A DNA stretch of 63,952 nt, filler included, from Platydemus manokwari (taxonomy: Eukaryota): the NCBI GenBank assembly GCA_037951405.1. It is 6 parts of 6 records of this genome, joined end to end, with 100 filler letters (N's around TTAATTAATTAA, not from the genome) between each part and the next. Parts side by side here need not be neighbours in the genome. Positions count along the whole stretch, not along the records: positions 10,370 to 22,084 come from JBBMOY010502220.1; positions 22,185 to 34,021 come from JBBMOY010442221.1; 4 more parts are not named here. One strand, written 5' to 3'. Made by a program: the position numbers and the translations under genes. The notes under the pieces were generated by a model. It searched no databases. It was not told where the DNA came from and saw nothing but the letters and a program-made list of their open reading frames with translations. This document shows, one piece after another, positions 11,985 to 27,234 of the stretch. Position 1 is the first letter of the stretch. Every line of letters starts with the position of its first letter.

Positions 11985-14900
11985 TTAGTCATTACTATCA
12001 TCGTCATTGATATCATTATTATCCATTTGGTAGTTACTGAGTTTAGATAATCGTTTCGATTCTTTCATGCTTGCTTTTACTGATTTCCTAGTTTCCCTTT
12101 TAATTTCATCTTCTGATTTTTTCCAAAAATAATAATATCCCATAGTTTTTCTCGATTTCATGGAAGTCTCAAAGAACTTTCTCTTAAATTTATCCTTAAT
12201 ATTTGCAAAAATAAAAATTAGCTTATCTCTGATATTTAACAAGAAACCTCCAGACTCAATAATTTGTATTCGAATTAAGTAAAGTTTTGTTTTAATCTAA
12301 ACAATAAACATAATTTATTTAAATATTATAATTTATTATTGGAAAATAGATAAATATAAAAACAATTACATAATATCGTGGGCGTTGATTGTATGTAGTT
12401 ATTCTCACTGGAGTAATTCTAAAAACGAGCTTCATAACAATAACAAACTTTATCTCCAATATTTTCCAGGAATAAAAATGCAATTAATCACCATTAGAAA
12501 CTGTATATAATTAAGAAATGCAACAATAAATTATAATCGGTTTATACTCGAAGTAAAAGAAATTTATGATATAATATGTTCTGTGTTTGGTGGCACGTAT
12601 TTAAATATTATCTGTACCTAACAGATCTTCCATGTGTAATTATTCAATTTGACCATGCATTGTCTTAATACCGCATTTCTTCAGAAGAAAAAAGAATTTA
12701 AAATTTAAACAATATAATAATCGATATTCTAAAGTCGATCAACACTAGTAGTTAACTATGTCTAGTCAACGAAGAGACGGGCTAATCAATTTTTTTTAAT
12801 ATCAATTTCCTCAGTGTCGCTTTTTTATTTCTTTTAGCGTCGCAGTGTCTATTCGAATAAACATAACGTCGAAATATAATTTTCCTTCGGTAACGTGGTG
12901 AGATAAATAAACAAAAGATATTTGTTTAAATAAGTGATTATTGGGAAAGTACAGTTTTTGGAAATAAATCTCACGTGCTTTAATATCAATAATGTAACTC
13001 CTAATTATGTTATGCATAAAATTATACAAAATTAACTAAGCCACGAACTTATTATTACTGAAATCTAATTTCTCGAAAAAACCTCTGAAGAAAAGGACAC
13101 TGACCCAGTTGGTCCAATATCTGCTTCCATAGAATTTGTACATCAAAATCCAGCATTTAAGTGTATAAAAATAGTAGTATAAAATTATTGTATATTGTAT
13201 TCATTGCTAATAATTGTATACTATACCGTACCAGTAGTAATTTGTAGCCCCCTAATCGTATAAAAGTAGTAATTGTAATAATAATAAACATTCATAAACC
13301 GAATATCGAGTTGATTTTTGAATTGCCGGTTGGTATAAGGTATCACGAATTCAGAGTATATCACTATCATTCTTCACCGATTTTGGAAATAATTTTGTCA
13401 AACGAATTAACAAGAGAGACTGATAATAAGAGTGGGGAGACAATAATAGAGGCAAGGGATAAGAATAAAATAATATTGTCGATCTCTACGCGATCCACTC
13501 ATCTCCATATAAGTTGCAATCGTGGAGGCGAATAAACATCAAAACTCATAAGGTCAAAATACTACCTGAGGGTCAAGACTTACTCAGAGTACTGATAAGA
13601 CGTAGAATTCGATCAACCAAAAGAGAATAATAAAAACCAGAAAGCGAGTGACCCTCAAACGTATCAAATGTAGACAGTGAATAAAATATTCCGTCGATTG
13701 AATTTTATCAGATAAAATTTCTCTGTATAATAAATTTAATCGCAGAGAATTTCTCTCCGCGATAAATCAATTCTAACATGAAAACGAAAAGTGCATGGCA
13801 TTAAATTATAATCGTAGAGAATTTCTAAGTCATTATTATTAGGCAGATTTAAGACATAATTGTTAGAGACGGAAAATAATATCAATATAGAGAGTGCGAT
13901 CCAGCAGAAAACAAGACGATAATTCTGCGTCGTTGATTAGAATTCCATGTATCCTAAGTATTTTACTAGAAGACCCTGTATTAAGATACATCTTTATAAA
14001 ATTCTGAAAGTTATTATAAATTTAGTTCATCTGCTCCAAGAATGTCGAGTAGCTCATTCCAAGAGGTTTTTAAGGTCCGTTATGAGGATTGATGTACTTG
14101 TAATTTATTTAGCTGAGAATTTTTATCATTATTATATACTGATCAAAATTTGTAGCAACAATCATTAGTTATTGATTATATTGGGATCATAAATCGTCTC
14201 TCCTGTCATTGGTGTCATACAAGTTTAGGGATTAAGATAAGATGCATAAACTGAGACTGATAGTTAAAATATATCACTATCACTTATTTTCTTTATATAA
14301 TAAAGTTGTACCAGGTAAAGATAATAATAATCATAAGGTTTATTACACCTGCAGCCTTAATCAGGAACTTAGTGACATTGATTAAGACAATCGTGGTATC
14401 AAATAAAACTAAAAATAGTATAAAACCAATAAGAACAAGGCTTAACATTCATATATTCTATGAAACTCCTCTATATCTTCTTTACATGTCATCCTCTTTC
14501 TATCTTATAATTTCATGTCATAGACCTTCAGAGAATCGAATCAAAATGCATTGTCACAATGTAAGCTGTCATTATTTAATAAATCACTCATTGAAATTAA
14601 CTGCAAATTCACGACACCAAATTATATTTAAACTGCAATTATACAAATAAATTTATATTTTGTTAAAATCTGATTTTAAATATTTCAAATTTCAATACAT
14701 TTTAAAAACATCATGCTGACTAAACTTTCATATCTAAGCTTCAATGTTGGATGAGGAACTAAGTGAGTATTACAATTAGTAAAATATTATTAAATATTAT
14801 TAAATTATTAAATTTTATTAATACATTAATTGAACATTTCTTACTTTGATTGATAAATAGTTCAGATATATCCGAAATAGTTTCATTAATCTTTTCAATC

Positions 14901-17502
14901 CTCTAATCAGAGATGCCCAAATTATATTAAAAATGCAAATCGCTAGGAAAGCAAACAAAAGCATGATTACAGCGGCCAAAAATAAACCAAGAAACAACCA
15001 CAGTTTTATATCATGAGCCGATAAATATAATCCTCTCTTTGACTAAAAGTATTTAAAAAGGATGTTAGTGTTCTTTGTTTAATAGTTTTAGATAATAATT
15101 ATATTTAATATTACTCTGAGATTAAGATATAACAGATATCACTTTAGAAGAAATAACTCGAAAACACTTAGTTAATAATTTTGAGAAACATACGACCTTC
15201 TTATTGTGAAATAGAATATTATAATGTTAATAAGAATAAGTATGTACAAATTATTATTATTTAAAGGATTGTGATGATTTGCTAAATGAATCATTGATAA
15301 ATTCAACATTTACTTTACCGATAAAGCTCTTTATACTCATCAGTAAATGAGCGGACCTCATTTTTAATTCACTTATGTTAGAACTCATTGTCATTCATAT
15401 TCACTTTTACTTACAACTTAACCTTACTTAATGTTATTACATTTGGTATCATATCAGTACCTTCTCTCAGAAATAATGACTTGTGAAACAAAATAAAATC
15501 AATTTTTAACGTGATTAAATAAATAAACACATGGTGTTTGTTTAAATAATTGATTGACGATTGATTGCAGTTTTCCAAATAAATATTATGACGGAATGTG
15601 CTTTTAACTTAACTATGACAAACAATATTGTTAACATATTTTGCAAACTTTCATTTTCATTTCAAATTGGTAATAAATTAATAAATAATATAATTAAAAT
15701 ACAAAATATACTTTTAAAATTTCTATTTCTTCTTTTGTAAATGGCGTTTCTCCAAGTAAATTCTTTTCCAATTCTTCCGAATCAATTGGTAGAAATCCTG
15801 CAGATTTCAATATTGAATCTGGTTGTTCATTAATTGAAAAAGAACTAAAACGATTAGCTTTTAGGTAAGCAATGAATATTTGAGAATCATCAATTGCCAT
15901 CTAAAAGTATATTAAATATATAAAATGAACATTAAACATATAAACCTGAAATATTTGATCTCCTAATTTATTTACACAATCTAGAGGTGTTCGATCATCA
16001 TAAAAAGAAAGAGTTCTCATCAAAGGACATCTTTTACATTCATCATTGCCATTTATGCTATAATATCCTGAATCGCACTTTGAACACTAGAAATTATAAA
16101 ATGTATAAAAATATTAGACGACAAAACAATGCAAGATTGAAATAAATAAAATAAGAAAAATAAAATTTATTTATTTAGAAATCGCGATATAGTACTAGGT
16201 GAGTATGAAAGATTCTAAAATAAATAAAACGAAAATTATCAATTGATTTATTATTTAAATTTAATTATTTCAGTAACCTTCATTAAAAAAGAAAATGATC
16301 TCGTACGTACTTCAATTCTCTGTAAGGTTTCCTCACAACGAAAAATAAGATGTTTAATACTTACTACTATTATAAAATATGTTGAGAAATTCTGAATTTA
16401 AAATTCGTAGATTTGTCGATTCTGACAAATAATTTTGTTCAGGTTGGCAGCACTGTCTATTACATCAGTGTCAAATTTCATGCCAATATTTTATTACTCA
16501 AAAAGTCACAACGCTGGTCATTATTAAAAATTGGTTTCCATAATTTTAAAATTTGAAAAAACGTTGACATTTGTGTGATTGTCTCGATGGGGCTACTTCA
16601 AAGATAATGAATTTGATTCAAAAGAATAAAAAAAGATTTTTCATTTCATTACAAAACACTCAATCATATTTGATTACAGTAGTATAACGATAGAAATATA
16701 ATATTAGAGTATTTTATTTAAAATTAAATTTAGGAATTAAAATTTATTTATTATCATTTTTTTATTTGGTTAAATAAAATAATTTCCAGCATTCTATTCA
16801 AGTAATATCAACAAACTGGAAGTCGATCACTTCTCTCGATGCTCACAATTGTGAAATTTATAACACGGAACCTTACTCCCGTATAATATTTTAAACATTA
16901 ATCCTTAAATCAGAACAGTGACAGGAAATATTTTGTAAGCAAACACTTTTTTGAATATCAAATGATATATTTTCATAAAAACCAACATTGGATTCTGAAG
17001 ACATGTATGTCCCTGGAAGACAGTGGAATTTTTCTTCTCTTGATTTGAATTTTATTTCATTTGCACATGTTGACAGTTTGGGTTTCAAATTGAACTTAAT
17101 TGGTTCAAGATGTATTTCATTTATTATTTCTGTATTTAGTTATTAAATAAGATTATTCATATCTATATCATAACCAGATATATCGTCATAAAAAGATTGA
17201 GTTACACTGTTATTCTGACAAACAATTATTTTACCTATTTAATCATGTATATAATTTTGATTTTTAATTATAACTTACCATCTTGTTTTAAATAAACATG
17301 ACCAATTTCAATGACTTTGTTATCACACATTTGTCCAATTTGACAAGAATCATTTTTATATGAAAATGATTTGCATATTTCCTTCGAATTTATAGCACCT
17401 ATATTTAACAAAACAGAATTATTACAATCAACAAAGAATTGATGATAATAATAATAATGCAAAATGACTTGTACAATCGTTTTCCATGGTACTTTGGTAA
17501 TT
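11985..17502 (-). CDS. Multi-exon cysteine-rich single-pass membrane protein (GCC2/GCC3, ephrin-receptor-like Cys repeats); 5' end uncertain, possibly the 18487-18711 exon
   Basis: Phase-compatible GT-AG exons: 17502-17279, 17129-~16900 (HCLPGTYMS), 16086-15946 (CSKCDSGYYSINGNDECKRCP), 15900-15712, 15042-14845 (TM LWLFLGLFLAAVIMLLFAFLAICIFNIIW), 12296-11985 (basic tail, stop). Confidence 0.7.
13075..13666 (-). repeat. Dispersed repeat copy 1 (LTR-like; minus strand begins TGATACG), inside an intron of the membrane-protein gene
   Basis: Collinear similarity to 27235-27870, e.g. shared ACTACCTGAGGGTCAAGAC..ACTCAGAGTAC.GATAAGACGTAGAAT and terminal AAACGTATCA. Confidence 0.8.
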
Positions 17503-18486
17503 CTAAATGATAATATAATCCAAAATTGTGAAGAGTTGTAAACTTAATAAGATTTTAACGCTGAACCTTATATCAACGAGGAATAAAGGAATGTTCATTA
17601 TTGTGAATATTATAAAGTTAAAAAGGTTGAAAAAATAATATTTAATAAAATTAATCCTTCTAAAAATAATATTTCACGAAATGAACATAATTGAGATTAG
17701 GTTCGACAAAATACCCGTTACCTTCTTATCTTTAATAAGCCTTGTTTTAATAAACCTTAGTTTTAAATCTTTCCTATGAATATAACGAATAGGTGGAGTA
17801 TGAAACGAAAAGGACCGAAAATCCTAATCATAACTATTGGAGAAACTTTTAAAATAGTAGACAAACAGATACAGGTACCAGAAGCCAAAATGAGGTATTC
17901 AAACCAATGTTCCCTGATTGGATTGATTTTCAACATATGCATGCATACAGAAAGCCACGAACACATAAATATACCAATGAATTAAGAAATGAAAAGAAAT
18001 CTATCAATTAAATACATTGATAAGTTTCCAAATGGTTCTTGCAAATTAATTTACTTAATTAATTAATTAATTTAATAAAAAGGAAAGATTTAAGAAAAAA
18101 GGAAACACACAAAACAATGTCTAAAAAGAATAAACATTTCAGGATCACTACCAGTCTTGTGTAGACCTGCAATTCTTGTAATTATCTTTTATATTTTGAG
18201 TGATTACCTTTTATTGTGTCCAGGTAATGGGTCTTGTATTTGGTGTATGGTTAATTATAATTTATTGACCAATTTTTAATTATTTATAAATGTAGCAGAT
18301 ACAAAGAAATAAAATTTTAAAATCTAACATACATAATTTATTTAAATAACTTAAGTTACCCAACAAAATCTTAAAAGAGATTATCTGTTACTACTATGTT
18401 TAAAAAATTGTTTTGCAGACTTCTCGTAAAAATGAACATTTTTTACTGTTATAAGTACAAAATCCAATTGAAATAAAAAATTTAAA

Positions 18487-18711
18487 TTACCACTTGTACT
18501 CACATAAAATGCAGGGATTGCCTTCTGCACACTCTCTAGGACATTTAACAAGATTTTGTACTTGTTTACTTTCAAAATAGTACCTATTTGGAGTAAAGTA
18601 AGATATAAGTGAACAGATATTATAATTAACATAACTTTTGAAAATCGATAAATCGAAAATTAAGAATTCGACATATAAAACTGCTATTAAAAGTTTTACC
18701 AAAACCCACAA
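18487..18711 (-). CDS. Possible 5' exon (hydrophobic N-terminus + Cys cluster CPRECAEGNPCILC) of the membrane-protein gene
   Basis: ORF composition and a donor-like GTAATT; phase not directly compatible with exon 17502, so an intervening exon would be needed. Confidence 0.3.
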   Translation of the reverse strand: MWVLVKLLIAVLYVEFLIFDLSIFKSYVNYNICSLISYFTPNRYYFESKQVQNLVKCPRECAEGNPCILCEYKW

Positions 18712-19499
18712 AAAACTTCAAATTTGAATATTATAACATTTAACGAGTGCAATTATGTTCGTGGATTAATGACATTGAATAATGGTTTGCTTTAAAGTAT
18801 CTTAAACTCAAATGCATGTTTAATTTATTGATGCAAATTAAATCAGTATTAATGTAGGAAAATTTCAATAGGGAAGGAGTAATGGAAAAGAATGCAAAAC
18901 TTGATTAAAATGGAAGCTGTTGGAAGCTTAGTTACCAATATGATAATGACAAAAACATTGTAACTTCTAGTTTTACCTGTCGAGGCCTTTATATCAATTT
19001 TGTACATCTGACCTGATAGAGAATGGAAACGAATGGGCATTGTCTCAAAATTTAAGATTAAAGGTCTCTGTTTAGATGAAACAAATCATGAAATCAAGTC
19101 TATCAAAAATCTATAAAGGTGAAAAAATAACAGATTTGAGTTATATAGGAAGATAATTATGTTGAAACAATAATCAATGCAGAAATCGTAAAAAATTGTA
19201 AATAGAATGGAGAGGGATAAAATCACTAATAGACCAAATGAAAAAATGAGATTGAAATTTATTAATGGAATTATTAAAAGAACATTGGAAAAATGACTTA
19301 CCTACTGTCCGATCCACCACCAGTTGCAGAAAAGATATACAACCTTTAGACAAGAATAACCAATTTAAATATGAAGCAAATTGATTTAAAGCAATACAAT
19401 GAGAAATGTCGATTAGCATAACCTAAAGATGAAAGACTATAAGCAGGTAGTAGATATTATTGAGAGAAGTCATTTTTGGAAACGCTGCCTGTTCAGAAA

Positions 19500-20660
19500 C
19501 AAATTCTTGAATTCTGTTTAAGATGGTCATAATTTCCGAAAATATCAGTATTCAATATATAAATGAGAGTCAATATCATATCGATAGCAAACACAAAACC
19601 CATAAAATAAAAGATACAAAAAACCTGATGCTTTAATTTTGTCATTGGAAATAATAATCATTAATTAATAAAAATAATCGAAATGTATCTAGAAGAGGTA
19701 TAATGTATTAGCCGAGGAACGAAGAAAAAAGGAGTCTGGCAATTATTAGCTGCTTTAATCACAGAAATAAGTAAATAATATTGGTGCAAAGTTGGAAGTT
19801 CATAGTTAAAAGAAAATGCAGTCAATGTTACATCTCTTTTTGAAACAAACGGTGAAAGACCTTTGTGCACACACATTTTTTGATGAAAGAACTAAAAGGG
19901 AAAAGTCGATATAAGTATTCAGAATAAATCTGGTAGCATGGACACTACTTATTTCTTCAATGTTATGCTACAAACACACAGATGAAGATCGGGTAAATAA
20001 TTGTTCTAATCAATCAAAGAAAACTAACACTGTACTGGAGAATTTAATCAAAAAATAAAACTTTATATCTATGGCTTCAAAATTTGAGTCGTTTTAGATA
20101 ACTGGAAACACATGTAATTATATTAATAGTAAACCTAATAACCTATAAACTTGAAGAGGCAAAGCGAAAATAATTGTACTAATCTACCTAAAATTTTGAT
20201 TACATCTAATCTGTAAAACCCAATGCAATAACTCTTTAGATATTGGAAGAAAGAAGAAAGAAGAATAGGTCGATCTTTATGTGCGTTAATTATCATTTAG
20301 TTTACATTATATTCATATGCTCTATGAATGCCTGGTAAATATTAAAATGTTCAAAGGAACAGTTACTACGAAGATTAATCAGTTTGTCTTCAAAAATCTG
20401 CTTTTATTTACCCACGGTTTAATTACCCATGTCACACAAATTAATAATATGATTGTTTTTAAATGATGATGCCTTGATCTATATGGAGTCAGAAACAGGT
20501 CATATTGAATTATGTGATAAGGCATTTTATCTTGTTCATAAATTGGGAATAAAGATAAATATGAGTAAAAGCGAGTTTTTAAGAATAAAGTAAAGTGCTT
20601 GGATCAAAACAATTTGACCTAAACATTGTTATTATCAACAATGTACTTGGGTGGGTTTTA
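19500..20660 (+). mobile_element. Highly decayed Ty3/gypsy pol relic
   Basis: KKNRSIFMCVNYHLV (~20260-20305; KKDG..R.CVDYR.LN) and DDALIY....GHIELCDKAFYLVHKLGIKINMSKSEFL (~20465-20580). Confidence 0.65.
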
Positions 20661-20666
20661 ATTTTA

Positions 20667-21069
20667 TCATTTACTTAAAAAATTAAAAATAAAGACTAAC
20701 TTCTTCAAAACATATTCTGGTAAAATCCATTTGTTAAATTGATTTTTCAAAAACAAGTGACACTTCGTAGAAAAATTAAATGTATTAATTTGTTCAATAT
20801 CAAGAGCAAAATTAAATAATTGAAAATTAGTGATTCGAAAATTATGACTTGAAACAAATTGAGCTGAATTTATTTGAATTATGCCTGGAATCCAATGAAT
20901 TTCACATGCAAGCAATAAGTTATTTGAATTCTTAGTATAAAAATATACATTTCCTGTTGAATTACTGATTGATTTGATAATTATTCCTAGTGTTTGATTT
21001 AAATATTCAGAATCATCGTCATTTGTTAAAAATATATTGCAAGTTTTATTACCAATAGAGATGGTTAAC
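20667..21069 (-). CDS. Possible exon of an unidentified Asn-rich (N-glycosylated) protein
   Basis: ~130-codon open frame starting after a TTTCAG acceptor; no family recognised. Confidence 0.25.
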
Positions 21070-22030
21070 TGAAAATAATCACAAAAATATAGGATTATTA
21101 ATATGAATATCTTTCTTTCTAAACAGTTATGTGATTATAAATAATTCTAATAATACTAATCTTGTTTTAAAGATTATGAAGATGATCCAATGGTATACTT
21201 GTTTAATCTATTATTATTCATTACAAATTTTCATGGATTCCAATAAATCTCCATTTAACCAAATTGTTATTACTCAATCGCAGATTTTTGTTATTGGATT
21301 TTCCTTGCATTGAATAACAACAAACTCTTAACAGTTTTACAATATTTAATTTTTAGATTTTTATAACAATATAATTCTAATCATGTCAAGTATTAACACA
21401 AATTATAGATTATGTTTACAAATAGTAACCTCTCTTTTCAAAATTGATGGTATCATTGAAATAACAACATGACTGTCTTGGTAAAAGAGAAATTCAAAAT
21501 TCAACAACCCGAAAAAATGGTAGAAAAATATAGAAAATTCTCCAAAAACACTTATTTCCATTATATTCCCTAAATTAATTATAAATATAAATAAAAAGAA
21601 AATGGATAAAAAATCAAAAATTATTTTATTTAAAAACAATACATGCAATATTAAAAATGAGCTTTTTGGTGATTTTCGAGTTTGAAAAATAAAACTGTAA
21701 AATTACATATTTTCTCATAATGCAAAAATTTCATTTTATCATGCTATGATTTCTATAACAGTCTCTTGTCCTTTATAATAACAAATGCTATATCAGACCA
21801 TTTCATATGGAAACATCTTGGTAGATTGTAGAAAATGGCTTCAACGTGACATTACCAGAAGTTTACCGATACTATTTATACTATTTGAGATTCCTTGTGG
21901 AAATTTTCAATTATTTCAAATTTATTAATTTATTCTACTGCAATTTAATTTATTATTTTATCTTTTTTCGGGGATAGTAAGTTCATTAAGGTTTTTAATA
22001 TGATTATTATTTTATTTTATTTACAATTTA

Positions 22031-22084
22031 GGGCCCCGTGGCGTAGTGGTTTGTGCACTCGTCTGCCAATCGTAAGGTCCTAGG
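22031..22084 (+). repeat. tRNA-derived SINE head or tRNA pseudogene, truncated by the gap
   Basis: GC-rich island with Pol III A-box TGGCGTAGTGG and GGTCCTAGG leading into the expected B-box position; anticodon stem pairs poorly. Confidence 0.6.
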
Positions 22085-23393
22085 NNNNNNNNNNNNNNNN
22101 NNNNNNNNNNNNNNNNNNNNNNNNNNNNTTAATTAATTAANNNNNNNNNNNNNNNNNNNNNNNNNNNNNNNNNNNNNNNNNNNNAAAAAATTAAATTATT
22201 AAAAAAATTAAATTATTAAAAAATCAATTAATGATTGTAAAATAATTCAATTTTAATTTTTTAATTTTAATTTCAAAATTATTTAATTTAAGTTTAAAGC
22301 CTCACAACAACTAAAATTGCTCTAACTTTCATCCAGTTTCTGTCTGATTACTAATTAATCAAAACAGAGAGGTTTTTCACTTTTTATTATTCTTACATTT
22401 ACGTCGATGCGCTTTAATAAACTTGTCTGTTATGTAATGTATCATCTTTTGTTTAACCTTTTTTCATATACAATTGGTAGATTTTAATATTAGCTTAATT
22501 TTATATTTATCCAGAACAAATATAGTACTTTCTTCGTTGATTTCATCTTTGATTTATATAAACAAAACTTTTCACGTAGTTTATGTAAATAATAAATTCA
22601 AATTTATTTCGAAAAACTTCTCACTAATTTTTTAGTTTAAATTTCATTCCATCCCAATTTATTTGTTAATAGATAAGTTTTATTAAGATAATCATCTAAT
22701 ATTTAATAATTCTTCCCAGATTAATTTTTATTCCTAACGAAATTAATAATTTTCTTACAATTCTGAAAATTACATAACTAAATAAGCAATAATTTTGAAT
22801 TGTTCTGAAAATTTTATTAAACCTCTGATATTGAAAATTAAATCTAAATATATATAATTTTTAATTCATTAAAAGCCAATGCAAATAGATCACCAATATT
22901 CATGAAAATGCTTTGAATTCAAATTTTACAAATTGACCAAACATCAATATTTAAAGTGTTTATCAAAATCTAGTGATGTAAATTACTCAATTTTTAACCA
23001 ATATTATTTATAAAGATGCTCTTAAACAATACTTGAATTAGAATAAAAGTTCAGCGTCTAAATAAAGCTCCTTATGGATTACGATTTACTCATGCATTCA
23101 ATGTTTTACTAAAGCTGTTCTAAATGTCACAAATATCATTTGAAAACACATTTATTATGAATGAATGTTTATAAAATATTAAATTTTTATTGATGTCAAA
23201 CATAGACAGTTTTCTGTGATGAATACATTGTTTGATAAATAAACATTGAACTGTTTTATTTTATGCATCAAGTCAATACTTTTGTCACATTGATTTTACT
23301 AAATTTAAATTCTCTAAAACAAGTACACAGAATTCTCGAGGGATAAATTCTCGACTTTATACAATTAGCATCAATACTTATGTAATAATAGCA

Positions 23394-23396
<3 letters not shown>

Positions 23397-23454
<58 letters not shown>
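23397..23454. repeat. (AAT)n microsatellite
   Basis: Direct reading. Confidence 0.95.
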
Positions 23455-26400
23455 CTAACTTATTCTATAAAATATTAGTATTTTATTATTGAAATCCAAA
23501 TAATGCTTAACGATGTATTTAATAATTAATAGCTATAATATTGTGTGATAAATCTCATATTTAAAAGGTGTAATCCGATATTCGAATAAATATTGAGATT
23601 CTTCAGAAAGTCAACACAATCTTGAGATTGAAAGAAATTGTTTCAATTTCTAAAATTCGAATTAGACAAACATTCTTCTGAAAGTCTATTATTTATATTT
23701 CGTACATATTTGATAAAATAAATATATTTTTTTGTTTAAAACCATATTTTCAAATCAATATGTATCGATTGAATATATGCATCCATAATCAATGTTCAAC
23801 AGATACACCTACTCCACATGACCCAAACTAACCAAGCATTCTGATCGTACAACCAATCATATCGAATATCTTCAAAAAATAAAGCACATTTTAAAAATGA
23901 TCAAAGGATATTTTACCCCATAATATGAATGAATGCCTTGCTGTCATCAAGTGATAAATGTGCACAATAATTGATGAATATTTGATTGAAAAAATTAAAT
24001 AAATTTACTATTAAACAAATCAAAGCATTCAAAATCAAACCTACCTGGAAATTGAAAATTTCCATCATCAGGGCAATCGTCAAATCCAGATTTCGGAACT
24101 TCCACAGGAATAATTTTGGGACATGATCTTTCATCTGTATTATCAGCCGTGAAACATTTGTTAATCGTATTTATTCTATTAGCAGGCATTATATCGATCC
24201 CAATATTGATTTATCAAATATTTATAAAAATCGATTTATATCATAGTTGGCATTGGCAGCAATTTTAATAATTTTGCAATTAATATTTAGATTGGAATGC
24301 TTGTATATATTTTATCCCTTATTTCAAAATAAGCATTTATAAATTGATTGTTTTGAAATTACTAAATCTGAGTTTAATAAAATATTTGACTGTGATTTAT
24401 TACTGAAGAGAGAAGAATCCTGTTGGATGATCCAGCGTGTATATTTTGATCGATTATTAATTATTACAGAATTGAAAATTAGATCTAAACCCTACTGTGC
24501 AGTCTTTTCTGGTAAATATTGATCTCACTATTGTGATTTTATATATCATAGTGAGTTCGTTCAACTTAATAAATTTTTTGCAGAATCGGAATGAAATAAG
24601 CCTAAAACTTTCAGCCAAAAATCTATAATAGCTCCAAGAAATAGCGCTCACTGGGAAGCCGGAACACAATAGCATCTGTCAATTAAAGCTCTACTTATTA
24701 ACCGTAGTTGATTGAATCAATATTATCTGTCAATACCACTATCGATACAGGCATTCCAATTCAACAATAAGAAATAGGAAAAAGGAGGTTAGTAATCCAC
24801 GTCCATGAGTTAAGATCCAGTATATCAGTAATAAATGAAAATCAAAATAGTAACTTACTAACTGATACCTCTGTTTATTAGTTTTCTGCTAAACACATCT
24901 TATGTGATTTATTCTTGTCTTGGAAGTTTTTTTATCGAGGTTTATGTGTGACTTACATTGATTTTATTTATTATATAATTGTCATTTTGGTATTTATAAA
25001 AAATATTATAAAAATACTACTTGTGTTGGGTTATACTTCAAAACAACTGAATAATCTCTGAATCCAAAACTCGAAGGTTATAGACTTTATTTCCAACCTG
25101 CGTACTGATCAGTACGACTTACAAAGATACACTAATAATTGTTCTGTATTCAAAAGATACTCTCTGTACTTAAAAACATAACCAAAACTGGCTTCCAACT
25201 GATAGTTGGCTATATTTACACTCGAGTTTATACTCGAAATTTGTGTGTAATTCTTGTGTCATGTCTGTATCACATTTTGATTCCGTCCTTTTTTCCATGC
25301 TTCTATTGGGTTTATCAGTTTTTGAAGAAATGGAATTGGTCAATCCCTATCTGTGTGTTGTTGTATATAGCTGTCTCTTTTTCTAATACTTGTTTACCAT
25401 CTAACTCCACTGTGGTTGGTTGGTCGCTATGTCCATGAGGTTGTGAAGGCATGCAAAATTCAAAATCTCTAAAAAAAGGTTCTCACCCAACACTTCTGTT
25501 TCGTTATTTTCGCCATATTGGAAATGAAAATTAGTTGGAACGAATAAAAATTGATTTACTTTTTAAATAAATGGCACTGGAAGCTTTAAGTTTGTCTTTA
25601 CAGAGGATCAAAAGTTTTACTAAAGGAAGAACTAAATTAAAATTAACAAAAGTAAAAAGAACTTAGTTATACAAATCACGTATCGATTATGTAACACTAT
25701 CATTCCATAATTCAACGGAAAAGAGAAGACTGTCCGCGTTGGATTTAGAGAATTTATTCATGTCTAATTTTAATAGCTGTATTAGTTTTCGGTTGTTTTA
25801 ATTGATGATGTGAAAATCGACCGTGTGAGTTCTTTAATCAATGAACATTTTAATGATTATTAACACAAAGTAAATCAGCACAATGCAACAATTATTTTCT
25901 TAAATATTTATTGATAAATCATCAAATTTTACCAATTAGAGAAACCGATTGATTTTATAAAACAATAGGTTCGGTGGTGTCACCGGGATGGCAATAACTG
26001 TAACAATTCCTTATCAAATTTATGTTTAAAGTTTATAATATTAATTAGCGTGTTTTGCAAACTATTTTATCAAGTCAATTGTGTTCGTTGCTTTATCAAT
26101 TTAACAAATTTTCTATTATTTCTGATTCCAATGTAATTTTATTGTTGTCCCAATTATCAGTGTTGTAATGTTTCACTGACCCAATTATCATTGTCGTAAT
26201 GAATGAATGGATTATCGTTTCTATCGTCAACTTATATAGTCGTTGCAGTTGAATACCATGAACCCCCGATCAGTGACTAATTTTTAATATTTTCGGTGCT
26301 CTTTGTACCGTCATTATTATGGGAATTGTTTATCATTTTTGAAAATTTAGGCCATAAAATTTTAACCTGACAGCCTCTTTGTGATAAAATTTTTGATTTT

Positions 26401-27234
26401 TAAAATTTTAAATCATTTTTATGCGATATTTTTATTTCTTATCAATTTTTTTACATTATTTTTGATAATTTATTTATTTATTTTTAATGTTTATCAAATA
26501 ATCTGTAAATAATAATATATATTTTACACGTGTTTTTTACAATTTAAACAAGAAAATCACAAATGTTCGGGCATTAATGAATGTTCATTTTTAAATCAAA
26601 TGTTTGATGGCAGCTCGTTGGACTGCAATAGAAATCATTATTTGAATATCAGTTGACTTCAGGGTGATGTTGATGTTCCAGTCAACACTTCAGTTCTTCT
26701 TCCCGGGTCTTTTTCTGTTTCTCCCAGCTTTTCTTTAGACTGGACCAATGTTGTCATGTATTTTTGACGCTTACTCTTTGTAAAATTCTTATTTGATAAC
26801 CAATACTGTAAGAATAATTAAGAATAATCAAAACACAAAAAACATTCTCGTAACAAAACAAACACATTTTATCGAAAAATAGCACAGAAATTATTGAATA
26901 ACCATATCGAAAATTTTATTCTGGTTAATATATATGCATGGCATTAAATTAAATTCACAGAGAATATCTGTGAATGATTCACCACCTCCAATATAAGGGA
27001 GTAACCGTTATCATTAAAGTGCACAATAGAATAGCACTATAAGGACTCCATATACGATACGATAGGAAAACTTTTACAAGAACCTGAACGTAATATCGAC
27101 GACTCATTGCTGGGACAGGAATTAGGATATGCCCAGTATTTTCTACTGGAAGAACAAACAGTAAGATAGTACATTTAAAATCACATATTCAATTATTTAT
27201 AACGCATATTCTCCCTATTTATCGAGCCGAGGTC

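Noticed and set aside
22031-22084. Functional tRNA-Gly(GCC)
   Set aside because: Anticodon stem does not pair properly and the 3' half is lost in the gap; kept only as tRNA-derived.
23800-24189. Possible minus-strand Cys-containing exons
   Set aside because: Could not build a phase-consistent model or recognise a family.
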